A stretch of DNA of 63,619 nucleotides, filler included. It is 5 parts of 5 records of this genome, joined end to end, with 100 filler letters (N's around TTAATTAATTAA, not from the genome) between each part and the next. Parts side by side here need not be neighbours in the genome. Positions count along the whole stretch, not along the records: positions 1 to 24,171 come from SRR31156797_825; 4 more parts are not named here. One strand, written 5' to 3'. Below, piece by piece: positions 9,662-19,609 of this stretch. The translations under genes and the position numbers were made by a program. The notes beneath the pieces were generated by a model. That model did not search any database and was not told the DNA's origin. It saw only the letters and a list, made by a program, of their open reading frames with translations. Position 1 is the first letter of the stretch, and each line of letters begins with the position of its first letter.

Positions 9662-10768
9662 ATGTTCAAAATATTTAGATTTACTTTCTTTAATAATGCC
9701 AAGATGTTTTATCTGGTAATATCAATCATAGCAGTATATGTAACAGTTGCAGCTCTTCTAGGTTCAGCAATAGGGGAAATTCAGGAAACAGGGGTCTATG
9801 TTAAGGAGACTGTAGGAGTGTATAACAATCTGGAAGACAAATATGCAGCAGAACTTGATAAGCTCCTTGAAAGTGAGTACTTACAGGAAATAACACAAAT
9901 CTCTTATATTGATAAGCCTATTGATGTTGATGCATTGCTTAAGGCTGATGATTACATAACTATACTTATCTGTGAAAACAATAATGGTAAAAACAGCATA
10001 AGCGTACATACAGTATTTGAGGAATCTTTTATGCTTAATATCTGTTCTGTATTTGCTGAGACTGCGAATACTGTTGCTATTACCATAGAGACTGCACCGC
10101 AGACTGTTAATAAATTAATATCCTCTTATAATAATTCATACTTTAATACAGTAAAATTACAAAAAGGCTCACCAGTAGGGACAGATTATTATGGTATAGT
10201 CTCAATGCTGCAAATTTCAGTGTTGCTGGCTATTTTAGCGGTGTATTCTGTTCTGGATGACAGAATGAAGAATATTCACCCACGAATTACATTGTCACCA
10301 ATATCGAAAACAAAGGTAATACTAGGCAGATTTGCAGCTGATACAGTATTTATATGGATTATTATGATTTTGATGGCTGTAGCTTCACATTTAATTTTGG
10401 GAGTAAATTGGTCAGGTAATACTTTTGTTATTCTTGCAGCATTTCTATCATTTTCTATAACAATTGTGCTTCTGGGAATGATATCTGCTAAGTTAACAAG
10501 AACGATATTTGGGGCACTAGGAATTATAATGGGATTTGGAACAATAATATGGCCTCGATATGCAGGAGCAATATCACCATACCTTTCATCGGGTAAGATT
10601 GCGTACACAGCTCCTGGTTACTACATAAAAAACATTTTATTTACTACTATTTATTCAGATGCAAATGAACCAATTGTTGAGGGATTTATATATATTGGTA
10701 TAATCATCGTTGTAATGGCAGGTATTTATATACTGCTTGAAAGGAGTATTAAGAATGAGCGTATTTAA
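9662..10768 (+). CDS. ABC-2 type permease (LnrM-like)
   Basis: N-terminal TM, extracellular domain, C-terminal TM bundle; AGGAGG RBS before ATG 9662. Confidence 0.87.
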   Translation: MFKIFRFTFFNNAKMFYLVISIIAVYVTVAALLGSAIGEIQETGVYVKETVGVYNNLEDKYAAELDKLLESEYLQEITQISYIDKPIDVDALLKADDYITILICENNNGKNSISVHTVFEESFMLNICSVFAETANTVAITIETAPQTVNKLISSYNNSYFNTVKLQKGSPVGTDYYGIVSMLQISVLLAILAVYSVLDDRMKNIHPRITLSPISKTKVILGRFAADTVFIWIIMILMAVASHLILGVNWSGNTFVILAAFLSFSITIVLLGMISAKLTRTIFGALGIIMGFGTIIWPRYAGAISPYLSSGKIAYTAPGYYIKNILFTTIYSDANEPIVEGFIYIGIIIVVMAGIYILLERSIKNERI

Positions 10769-11858
10769 AAATAATTTAAGGTCAGTCTTTACCAGTCCAG
10801 CAAAAATGGGGATAATATTTGTTCTTCCACTTGCCTTTATAGTTTTATACCTTTTCGGGGAAAATGATGCAATGCCTACCAAAGCAGCTATTATTGATTA
10901 TGATAATACAGAATTTACTGAAGTATTAAATAACAAAATAAATGAAAATACAGAGTTAATAGAGTGTGAAGAAAACGAAATACTGGATAAGTTATTAAAC
11001 TGTAAATTGGATTATGCAATTGTAATTAATGAAGGATTTACGCAAGCATTGTTTGCTGGTCAACAACCGTTGATTGATGAGTATTACTTTATTGGTGAAG
11101 AGAAGCTTACACCTTTGAAACAGAGTATTGATACCTTTTTAAGTAATGCAGTTCATTTAAATACAATTTCAGATAACAATGATGAATTCTACAGAAATCT
11201 TAAGACTCTGGATAATCATACGCTTATATTCTCAAGCAGTGTATTAACAATTAATTCAGGACTGATAATTGTAGACTTGATAGGAATGCTGGTTCAATTT
11301 ATTTTTTATAGTAGTATTATGATAGTTTCTGGACTAATAGTGGATAAAGAAAATAATATTACAACTAGGATTTTATCATCTCCAATGCCTGTTATAAAGT
11401 ATTTGACCGAACATTTCCTAAGCTACGTTGTAATAATGTTAATCACTGTTACTATAAATCTCATAATCTGCAAATATGGATTTAAGTATAATTTTTCTGA
11501 ACATTTTATTGAGATTCTTGCTCTTACAATGTTATTTTCTATTACTATAGTAGCGTTATCCATTATGATACTGTCAATTTGTAGAAAGTCTAAACTTTTT
11601 TATTGGGTAATGATTTGTTTAACTACGCCGATTGTAATAATTAGCGGCTGCTATTTTGAGTCATCAAGTTTTCCGAATATAATAAATAATATTGCAAAAT
11701 TTCTACCGGTTGCCTACTTTATGGATGTCATGGGAGAGATTGTTTATAATAACAATAAAGAGAGTATCCCATTTACTATTATAATATTTATAGCTTTTAT
11801 ACTGCTGTTTTTGAGTATTAGCCGCATTGGACTGAAGAAGATGTTGAATAATAAATAA
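10755..11858 (+). CDS. ABC-2 type permease (LnrN-like)
   Basis: Same architecture as preceding permease, IISGCYF..FP motif; AAGGAG RBS before ATG 10755. Confidence 0.87.
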   Translation: MSVFKNNLRSVFTSPAKMGIIFVLPLAFIVLYLFGENDAMPTKAAIIDYDNTEFTEVLNNKINENTELIECEENEILDKLLNCKLDYAIVINEGFTQALFAGQQPLIDEYYFIGEEKLTPLKQSIDTFLSNAVHLNTISDNNDEFYRNLKTLDNHTLIFSSSVLTINSGLIIVDLIGMLVQFIFYSSIMIVSGLIVDKENNITTRILSSPMPVIKYLTEHFLSYVVIMLITVTINLIICKYGFKYNFSEHFIEILALTMLFSITIVALSIMILSICRKSKLFYWVMICLTTPIVIISGCYFESSSFPNIINNIAKFLPVAYFMDVMGEIVYNNNKESIPFTIIIFIAFILLFLSISRIGLKKMLNNK

Positions 11859-11925
11859 AAAGATAAATTGATATACTCATATTGATGTGATAACATTATT
11901 TTATTACATCTTATTAAGGTAGAAT

Positions 11926-12993
11926 ATGAAGCATATAGCAAAAAGCATTATAGCATTGTACATTGTAATTAATTATTTCATTTTTATTAGTTTTGGAACA
12001 ATTGAGTTATTGCTGCTTTTTGCTTTATTTGCTGTTACACTTTTTATGGAGACTAAATCAAAAGCAATTCATATAATTGTTATAATTATAGAATGTATAA
12101 TTGTTTTCTTTATTGGGATATATACTGATTACTTTATATTTGCAGTTATGATAATCCTTCTTGATATCATGTTTTCCAGGTTATTATATCTGCTCCTTAT
12201 TCCTGCAGTTGAATTTGTTTACTTTGAGTGCTATTTATTAAGTAATGAAATTTTCTTGTCTCTTATTTTTGTTATATGTATTGGATACTTAATCAGTATA
12301 AATGATCATAAAAAAAAAGAATATTTAGAAGCCTTGGACAAAGATAGGAAAATAAAGTATGAATTGGAGATAGCAAAGGCAGATTTATTGAAATCCAGCG
12401 ATGAATTACAAAGACTTACAAAGGTAAATGAGAGAAATAGAATTGCAAGAGATTTGCATGATAATATTGGACATAAAATTGCTGGAGTACTTATTAGTCT
12501 GCAGGCGGCAAATAAAATCTTTGATAAGGACAGAGAAAACGGCAAGAAAATGCTGGACGAATGCATTGAGCACTTGAAGTCGTCTCTGCAGGTTATCAGG
12601 GATACTGTCCACAATATGTACAGTGAAGATACCTTAAGCATAAATAGTGTGAAGAAAATAATAAATGATTATAAGTATTGTAATGTGGATTTGCAGATTG
12701 TCGGCTTATTTAATACATGCCCGCAAAAGATAATGATGACATTATGCTATATTATTAAGGAATCGTTGACAAACACAGCAAAACATTCAAACGCTGATAA
12801 TGTAAATGTTACGCTAAGCTGTGTTGATTCTGTAGTTACTATGGAAGCGTGCGATAACGGAATTGGCTGCATCAAAATAAAAGAAAGTCTTGGTATAAAA
12901 AGCATGAGAGACAGAGTAAAGTCATCAGGAGGTACAATACAGATAGATGGCAGTAATGGAATGAAGATTAGCTGCATAATTCCGTATAAATAG
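11926..12993 (+). CDS. membrane sensor histidine kinase, HisKA_3 family
   Basis: Hydrophobic N-terminus; ERNRIARDLHDNIGH H-box; ESLTNTAKHS; DNGIG. Confidence 0.93.
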   Translation: MKHIAKSIIALYIVINYFIFISFGTIELLLLFALFAVTLFMETKSKAIHIIVIIIECIIVFFIGIYTDYFIFAVMIILLDIMFSRLLYLLLIPAVEFVYFECYLLSNEIFLSLIFVICIGYLISINDHKKKEYLEALDKDRKIKYELEIAKADLLKSSDELQRLTKVNERNRIARDLHDNIGHKIAGVLISLQAANKIFDKDRENGKKMLDECIEHLKSSLQVIRDTVHNMYSEDTLSINSVKKIINDYKYCNVDLQIVGLFNTCPQKIMMTLCYIIKESLTNTAKHSNADNVNVTLSCVDSVVTMEACDNGIGCIKIKESLGIKSMRDRVKSSGGTIQIDGSNGMKISCIIPYK

Positions 12994-13005
12994 AAGGGGA
13001 GTATA

Positions 13006-13638
13006 ATGAAAGTGTTAATAGCTGATGATGATGCTTTAGTTCGAAACGGATTGAAGGTTCTGATAGATAGTGAAGATGATATGGAAGTAATAGCCTTAGC
13101 ACAGGATGGTGAAGAAGCCTATGAATTAACAAAAAAGCATCATCCGGACGTTGTGCTTATGGACATTCGTATGCAAAATGTTGACGGAATTAAGGGTACC
13201 GAAATGATTGTTAATGATTTCCCAGATACAAAGGTGCTGATGCTTACTACATTTAAAGATGATGAATATATCGCTCAGGCAGTCGGAAACGGTGCAAAGG
13301 GTTATATGCTAAAGAATCAATCAAGTGAAAGCATTATAAATGGAATAAGAACAGTATTTTCTGGTACAGCTATCTATGAGAGTGAAGTAGCTGATAAAAT
13401 AAAGGACATGATAATAGAAAAAAATATTGATAGAATTGATGTAAAAGAGCTGGGATTATTAGATAGAGAGCTAAGAATACTGTCCTTAATAGCACAGGGA
13501 ATGTCTAATAAAGAGATTGCAGCAAAATTGTTTATATCAGACGGAACTGTAAGAAACTACATTACTGTTTTATTGGATAAATTATCATTAAGAGATAGAA
13601 CACAGCTTGCAATATTTTATATTAAAAATATTGAATAG
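13006..13638 (+). CDS. NarL/LuxR-family response regulator
   Basis: REC domain (IADDD, VVLMDIRM) and LuxR HTH (GMSNKEIA..LFISDGTVRNY). Confidence 0.95.
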   Translation: MKVLIADDDALVRNGLKVLIDSEDDMEVIALAQDGEEAYELTKKHHPDVVLMDIRMQNVDGIKGTEMIVNDFPDTKVLMLTTFKDDEYIAQAVGNGAKGYMLKNQSSESIINGIRTVFSGTAIYESEVADKIKDMIIEKNIDRIDVKELGLLDRELRILSLIAQGMSNKEIAAKLFISDGTVRNYITVLLDKLSLRDRTQLAIFYIKNIE

Positions 13639-13697
13639 ATATCTGATAAAGAACTGTAAATTAAAAGATATGAATATGCCTTATTCATAAAAGACTC

Positions 13698-13726
13698 TTG
13701 ACATATGCAATATATTACATTATTAT
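13698..13726 (+). promoter_or_regulatory. sigma-A promoter, probably producing a leaderless ydcF mRNA
   Basis: TTGACA 13698-13703, 17 nt, TATTAT 13721-13726; ATG at 13733; no SD. Confidence 0.7.
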
Positions 13727-13732
13727 TACGAT

Positions 13733-14509
13733 ATGTTTAACAAATTATTATATTACGCACTAATAATTATTGGTGTTTTAGGAATTATCGACTCAATCTT
13801 CGTTTACAGAATATCAGTTGGATTAACTGCAGGTACTATAATGCCTGGTGCAATAGGACTTGTATTAATTATTTTCAGTTTACTGAAACTTACTCTAAAC
13901 GGACCAATTATACCCAATAATACTTTACGAATAATAATAACTGCTGGCATATGTTTATTCATTGCTTTCTTTCTTTTTGTAGAGAGTATTATCCTAGTAA
14001 ATGCATACTCAAAAGCAGATGAACAAACAGAAGCTGATTACGTGATTGTACTAGGCTGCGGAGTTTTTTCTGATGGTAGACTGACTCTTACTTTGCAAAA
14101 GAGACTTAATGCAGCGTTGGAATATATGGACAAATATCCTGATTCTTTGTGCATTGTTACTGGAGCACAGGGGTATAACGAACCAATGACAGAGGCATTA
14201 GCCATGGAGGGATACTTAATTGAAAAGGGATTTGACCCGAATAGGATTATTAAAGAGGAAAAGGCAACCAGTACCAAAGAAAATATTGTTTATTCAAAAG
14301 AGATTATAGAGAATCTATCAGGTAATGCTGAAGATATCAAAGTCGCAATTGCTACCAGCGATTTTCACGTTTTCAGAACCAAAGTACTAGCTAGACGATA
14401 TGGTTTGGAGCCGATTGGTATTTCCTGCACGACGACTTGGTATATCTGGGCCAACGCATATCTTCGTGAATTCCTAGCAGTAGTAAAGTCATTTCTCTTT
14501 GACTTATAA
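13733..14509 (+). CDS. YdcF/DUF218 (ElyC/SanA-like) membrane protein
   Basis: N-terminal TMs; VIVLGCG, TEA..M, E..ATSTKEN, TSDFHVFR, YLRE. Confidence 0.9.
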   Translation: MFNKLLYYALIIIGVLGIIDSIFVYRISVGLTAGTIMPGAIGLVLIIFSLLKLTLNGPIIPNNTLRIIITAGICLFIAFFLFVESIILVNAYSKADEQTEADYVIVLGCGVFSDGRLTLTLQKRLNAALEYMDKYPDSLCIVTGAQGYNEPMTEALAMEGYLIEKGFDPNRIIKEEKATSTKENIVYSKEIIENLSGNAEDIKVAIATSDFHVFRTKVLARRYGLEPIGISCTTTWYIWANAYLREFLAVVKSFLFDL

Positions 14510-14512
14510 TCA

Positions 14513-14541
14513 TTGCTCTTAATATTGGAATATGCTATTAT
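14513..14541 (+). promoter_or_regulatory. sigma-A promoter with extended -10
   Basis: TTGCTC 14513-14518, 17 nt, TGnTATTAT ending 14541. Confidence 0.45.
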
Positions 14542-14566
14542 TATCATGTTTGAGAGGATTTGATAT

Positions 14567-16450
14567 ATGATTATTCCAATACTATGTGTTTTGTTCTTGC
14601 TGTCTGGCAGCTACTTTATTTCAGTACTATTTGGCAAAGATGTTGAGGAGACTATTCCGATTTGGATGATATCTGCTATTTTATTTGTATATATTTTTGG
14701 TATCTTTGGCGTACTAAAAGCAGGGTATTATGCAATAATAGTTATTAGCATTATTATGCTAACAGGAGCAATAGTGCTGATATTTGCCAAAAAAATTTCT
14801 TTAAAAAAGATAATAACTCCAGGCCTTATTATCTATTTGATAATGATTGCGATCGCTTTTACGGGGCACGAGGGAAGACTCTTTATCAAAAATGATGAGT
14901 TTTCTCATTGGGGATTAGTTGTAAAGAATATGTTTACCTTGGATGCTTTTGGAGGAGATTATAGATCTGGATTAATATTTAGGGATTATCCGCCTGCAAC
15001 TGCTATTTTTCAATATATAATACTTAATATTAGCGGTAAGTACTCAGAAGGTTCAATATATACTGCTATGAATCTTCTGTATTTCTCTTTAATTATTCCT
15101 TTGTTTAAAAATACTTCATTTAGGAAACCATTGGGTATATTAAGCAGAGTAGTAGTAAGCTTACTGCTTCCAGTTGCACTTTTTAGCAATTTTTTTGTTT
15201 CAATATATGTTGATGCGATTATGGCAGTTGTATTTGCTTGCAGCCTATTAGCATATTTCAATGGTAAAAACGATAAACTAATGATTGTGAATGTTTCACT
15301 TGCTCTGTCCTTTTTGGTGCTTATTAAGGGGTCAGGTGTTGGACTCGCTGTTATTGCACTAATTATAATAATGGCTGATAGAATATTCTTTCAGTGTTAT
15401 GAAAGAAACGTTCAGAAATTAAAGGATATGTTAAGCCATTACATGGTAGTTTTGATTCCTGCAGTGTCCAGCTTTTTTATGTATTTTACTTGGAAAATAT
15501 ACTTATCAGTATATAATATTTCCAATACATGGACAGCAAGTAATAATACTTCAAGCCTTATATCAAGATTAATAAATCACGACTTGAAAACTTTTGAAAT
15601 AATAAAGAATTTCTCTGAACATATTTTTAGTACTCATAGTGACAGCTTACCTGAATCATTATCATACTTCTCGTGGATATGCGTTGTAATTCTTGCACTA
15701 GCTATCCTAACAAATGGAGTAAATGAAGAAAAATCAAAGAAGAGGATAATTGTATTGGTAGTTACTACTGTTATTTGCTGCTTAATATACTTAGGAAGTA
15801 TACTTTTATCATATTTGACTGTGTTCTCAGAATATGAAGCGGTTAATTTGGCTTCAATTAACAGATATTCAAATACTTTTATGCTCGGTTGGTGTTTATT
15901 AATAGCTGGTATTGCCTTTTCTGCTAATATTAATTATAAGGAACGTTTTAGAGGTTTGTTTACTGGGGTTATAGCACTGATACTGTGTATATTTGTAAGT
16001 GCTGCGCCTATTCTTGATATTACAATACTAGCAGCTGATAGTGCGAACCAAACAAAAAAATTAAGAGACAATTTTGCAAGTTTTGAGCAGGTTAAAAAAA
16101 TTGTTAACTTTGAAGAAGAAATATTATATATAATTCATTCAGGCAGCAAGGGTTATGAGTACTGTGTTTATAATTACATGGCTGCCCCAAAAAGGTTAAG
16201 TAATCTGTTAAGTTTTGGTTTAGAACCATACTACGAGGGAGATATCTGGACGAAAACAATTACATTGAAAGAGTATACTGCTGTTTTAGCTGATAATGGA
16301 GTGGACTATGTTTATGTTTCTTATGCAAATGAAACCTTCAATAAGAATTATGGCAGCTTATTTACTGATGGGACTGCTGAAAATCTCAGGTTGTATGATG
16401 TCAATATAGACGATACGACAGGAGATGTTTCCTTAGATATTATCGAATAG
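14567..16450 (+). CDS. polytopic membrane protein, probable GT-C-fold glycosyltransferase
   Basis: Many TM segments; first large loop carries NDEFSHWG and DYPP, later YVD and LIKxSG; family call is inference. Confidence 0.6.
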   Translation: MIIPILCVLFLLSGSYFISVLFGKDVEETIPIWMISAILFVYIFGIFGVLKAGYYAIIVISIIMLTGAIVLIFAKKISLKKIITPGLIIYLIMIAIAFTGHEGRLFIKNDEFSHWGLVVKNMFTLDAFGGDYRSGLIFRDYPPATAIFQYIILNISGKYSEGSIYTAMNLLYFSLIIPLFKNTSFRKPLGILSRVVVSLLLPVALFSNFFVSIYVDAIMAVVFACSLLAYFNGKNDKLMIVNVSLALSFLVLIKGSGVGLAVIALIIIMADRIFFQCYERNVQKLKDMLSHYMVVLIPAVSSFFMYFTWKIYLSVYNISNTWTASNNTSSLISRLINHDLKTFEIIKNFSEHIFSTHSDSLPESLSYFSWICVVILALAILTNGVNEEKSKKRIIVLVVTTVICCLIYLGSILLSYLTVFSEYEAVNLASINRYSNTFMLGWCLLIAGIAFSANINYKERFRGLFTGVIALILCIFVSAAPILDITILAADSANQTKKLRDNFASFEQVKKIVNFEEEILYIIHSGSKGYEYCVYNYMAAPKRLSNLLSFGLEPYYEGDIWTKTITLKEYTAVLADNGVDYVYVSYANETFNKNYGSLFTDGTAENLRLYDVNIDDTTGDVSLDIIE

Positions 16451-16512
16451 GATATAAATCAAACTTACAGCATGAAAATATTATTTACATGTAAAATAAT
16501 AAATATTGAACA

Positions 16513-16544
16513 AAAGCACTGATATATAGTAATTTCAGTGCTTT
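16513..16544 (+). terminator. hairpin, probable intrinsic terminator
   Basis: AAAGCACTGA / TCAGTGCTTT 10-bp inverted repeat after the 14567-16450 gene. Confidence 0.55.
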
Positions 16545-16699
16545 ATATATACTCTAATCCATATAAGTAATCAAGTCGTAAATATTATAGCACAAAACAG
16601 CTTTTTTGTAGTATAAAGGTTATATATTTGATATAATATGTAATTGGAAAATCGATTATACGAACTTAATAAATTTTATATACAAAAAGGATAATTCTA

Positions 16700-19609
16700 A
16701 TGTTACTAGGCATTGATGTTGGTTCTACTACAGTAAAGGTAGTACTTGTTAGAGACGAAAAAATTATTTTTAAAGACTATAAGAGGCATTATTCAGATGT
16801 GGATAAAGCTGCAATAAGTATGGTTAAAAGCCTTGCGCCGTACTTGAATGATGAGGATAACATTAAGGTTTCCATTACAGGTTCTGCCGGACTTGGTATG
16901 TCTAGTGAGTGTGGAATTGATTTTGTTCAGGAAGTTTATGCAACACAGTTATCTATAAAAGAATATATTGATAATCCAGATGTTGTAATTGAGCTGGGCG
17001 GTGAAGATGCCAAGATTATTTTTCTGACAAATGGTGTTGAGTACCGAATGAATGGTTCGTGTGCTGGTGGTACTGGTGCATTTATAGACCAAATGGCAAC
17101 TCTACTGGATGTATCTTTGGATGAACTGGATGCCTTAAGTCTTAAATATGACAAAATATATGATATAGCCTCTAGATGCGGTGTTTTTGCAAAATCAGAT
17201 ATACAGCCTCTGCTAAACCAAGGTGCAAGCAAGGAAAACATTGCAGCAAGTATTTATCAGAGTATAGTGAATCAGACTGTTTCAGGTCTTGCACAAGGCA
17301 GAGATTTGGAGGGGAAGGTTGTATTTCTAGGTGGTCCATTAACTTTTTCAAAGGGACTTCGCCAAAGATTTATTGAGAGCCTAGAGCTAACTAATGAAAA
17401 TGCAGTACTTCCGGAAAACTCACAATACTTTGTAGCTATGGGAGCAGCTTTGTATGCAGAGAATTCCGAAGAAATATCATACAAAAGCTTAATAGAAAAA
17501 CTCAGTGATACAAGCAACAGAATTCACAAGACACATTCGTTTCCTCCGCTTTTTAATAACGAAGCTGAATATCAGGAATTTATACAAAGACATAGTAAAG
17601 ATAGTGTTGAATACGCAGATATTGAGCAATATCAGGGTAAAGCATATCTAGGCATTGATGCAGGAAGTACTACAACAAAGCTTGTATTAATTGATAAAGA
17701 TAATAAGATTCTCTACAATCATTACTGCGAAAATAAAGGTAATCCTGTAAAGGTTGTTAAGGAACAGCTGGAGATAATATTCAATAAAATCGGCGACAGA
17801 ATAGAGATACAATCATCTGCTGTTGTTGGATACGGTGAAGATATAATAAAGAATGCATTTAGTATTGATTATGGTTTGGTTGAAACTGTTGCTCATTACA
17901 AGGCAGCTCATCACTTCAATAAAGATGTTAGCTTTATTCTGGATATTGGTGGTCAGGATATCAAATGCTTCCATATACGTAACAATGCTATTGATAATAT
18001 ACTGCTAAATGAAGCATGCTCTTCAGGCTGTGGTTCATTTATTCAGACATATGCAAAGGCATTAGGGTATGAGGTAAGCGAATTTGCAAAGATGGCGTTG
18101 TTTGCGAAAAAACCAATTGATTTAGGTTCAAGATGTACTGTGTTTATGAATTCATCAATAAAGCAGGCACAAAGAGAAGGTGCAAGCGTTGGTGACATTT
18201 CTGCTGGTCTTTCATTGAGTGTAGTAAAAAATGCTATTTATAAGGTGATTCGAGCACACAGCAAGGACGAATTAGGTAAGAATATAGTTGTTCAGGGAGG
18301 AACATTCTATAATGATGCTGTCCTTCGCAGTTTTGAAAGAGAACTGGAAGTTGACGTAGTACGTCCATCTATTTCTGGGCTTATGGGGGCATACGGTGCT
18401 GCATTATATGCAGTGGAGAACACTAATGAAAAATCTTCGCTTATATCAAAAGAAGATTTGTCAGATTTTAGTCATTCATCAAAGAGTGCAGTATGTAAAT
18501 TATGTACTAATAACTGTAATCTGACCATTAATACATTTAGCCAAGGGAAGAAATATATTTCCGGTAATAGATGTGAAAGACCTATTGCAAATAGTGAAAA
18601 GAAAGATTTGCCGAATCTGTATAAAAAGAAACTTGACTATATCCTTAACTTAGATACTATACAATCTGATAAAAAGATTGGTATACCACTTGGGTTAAAT
18701 ATGTACGAATTACTGCCGTTTTGGACAGCATTTTTTAATGAATTAGGTATTGAAGTTGTTCACTCTGGAGTTTCCTCTAGGAGAGTTTACACAAAAGGTC
18801 AACATACTATTCCCTCTGATACAGTATGTTATCCAGCAAAACTTATGCATGGACATATTGAAGTATTGTTGGATATGGGGATTAAAGAGATATTCTACCC
18901 ATGTATGAGCTACAATGTAGATGAAAAAATTGGCGATAATAATTACAATTGTCCAGTTGTTGCTTACTATCCAGAATTATTAAAAGCAAATATTAAATCT
19001 CTAAGCAAAGTTAACTTTAAGAATCCGTATTTTGGGATTCATAGGAGAAGAGACTTTGAAAAGAGAGCATATCAATATTTCTCTAATGAATACGCTGCAA
19101 CAAAGCAACAGATTAAAAAGGCAGTAAAAATGGCATATAAAGCTCATCATAACTTTAGGAATTTCGTTCGTCATGAGGGGCATAAGGCTATTAAGTTAGC
19201 TCGAAAACATAACAAACATATAATAGTCTTAGCTGGCAGGCCATATCATATAGACCCAGAGATTAATCATGGTATAGATGATTTAATTACATCATTAGAT
19301 ATGGTACTGATAACGGAAGACTCTCTGTCTCATATTGAACCAAAGCCTGTTCTTAAAATATTGAACCAATGGACATATCAGTCCAGAATGTATTCTGCGG
19401 CTAAGCATGTGTTGAATCATAAGGATATGGATATGGTTCAGCTTGTTTCATTTGGTTGCGGTACCGACGCTGTAACGACCGATGAACTACGAGATATTTT
19501 GGAACATGGAAACAAGTTATATACACAAATTAAAATTGATGAAATAAATAATTTAGGAGCTGCAAGGATAAGATTAAGAAGTCTTTTGGCAGCAATTAAT
19601 GAAAAATAA
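16700..19609 (+). CDS. 2-hydroxyacyl-CoA dehydratase activator-like protein (two BadF/BcrAD ASKHA ATPase domains plus DUF2229-like domain)
   Basis: GIDVGSTT..ELGGEDAK..CAGGTG..SRCGVF and GIDAGSTT..DIGGQD..CSSGCG..SRCTVF; CKLCTNNC linker; PSDTVCYPAK. Confidence 0.88.
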   Translation: MLLGIDVGSTTVKVVLVRDEKIIFKDYKRHYSDVDKAAISMVKSLAPYLNDEDNIKVSITGSAGLGMSSECGIDFVQEVYATQLSIKEYIDNPDVVIELGGEDAKIIFLTNGVEYRMNGSCAGGTGAFIDQMATLLDVSLDELDALSLKYDKIYDIASRCGVFAKSDIQPLLNQGASKENIAASIYQSIVNQTVSGLAQGRDLEGKVVFLGGPLTFSKGLRQRFIESLELTNENAVLPENSQYFVAMGAALYAENSEEISYKSLIEKLSDTSNRIHKTHSFPPLFNNEAEYQEFIQRHSKDSVEYADIEQYQGKAYLGIDAGSTTTKLVLIDKDNKILYNHYCENKGNPVKVVKEQLEIIFNKIGDRIEIQSSAVVGYGEDIIKNAFSIDYGLVETVAHYKAAHHFNKDVSFILDIGGQDIKCFHIRNNAIDNILLNEACSSGCGSFIQTYAKALGYEVSEFAKMALFAKKPIDLGSRCTVFMNSSIKQAQREGASVGDISAGLSLSVVKNAIYKVIRAHSKDELGKNIVVQGGTFYNDAVLRSFERELEVDVVRPSISGLMGAYGAALYAVENTNEKSSLISKEDLSDFSHSSKSAVCKLCTNNCNLTINTFSQGKKYISGNRCERPIANSEKKDLPNLYKKKLDYILNLDTIQSDKKIGIPLGLNMYELLPFWTAFFNELGIEVVHSGVSSRRVYTKGQHTIPSDTVCYPAKLMHGHIEVLLDMGIKEIFYPCMSYNVDEKIGDNNYNCPVVAYYPELLKANIKSLSKVNFKNPYFGIHRRRDFEKRAYQYFSNEYAATKQQIKKAVKMAYKAHHNFRNFVRHEGHKAIKLARKHNKHIIVLAGRPYHIDPEINHGIDDLITSLDMVLITEDSLSHIEPKPVLKILNQWTYQSRMYSAAKHVLNHKDMDMVQLVSFGCGTDAVTTDELRDILEHGNKLYTQIKIDEINNLGAARIRLRSLLAAINEK

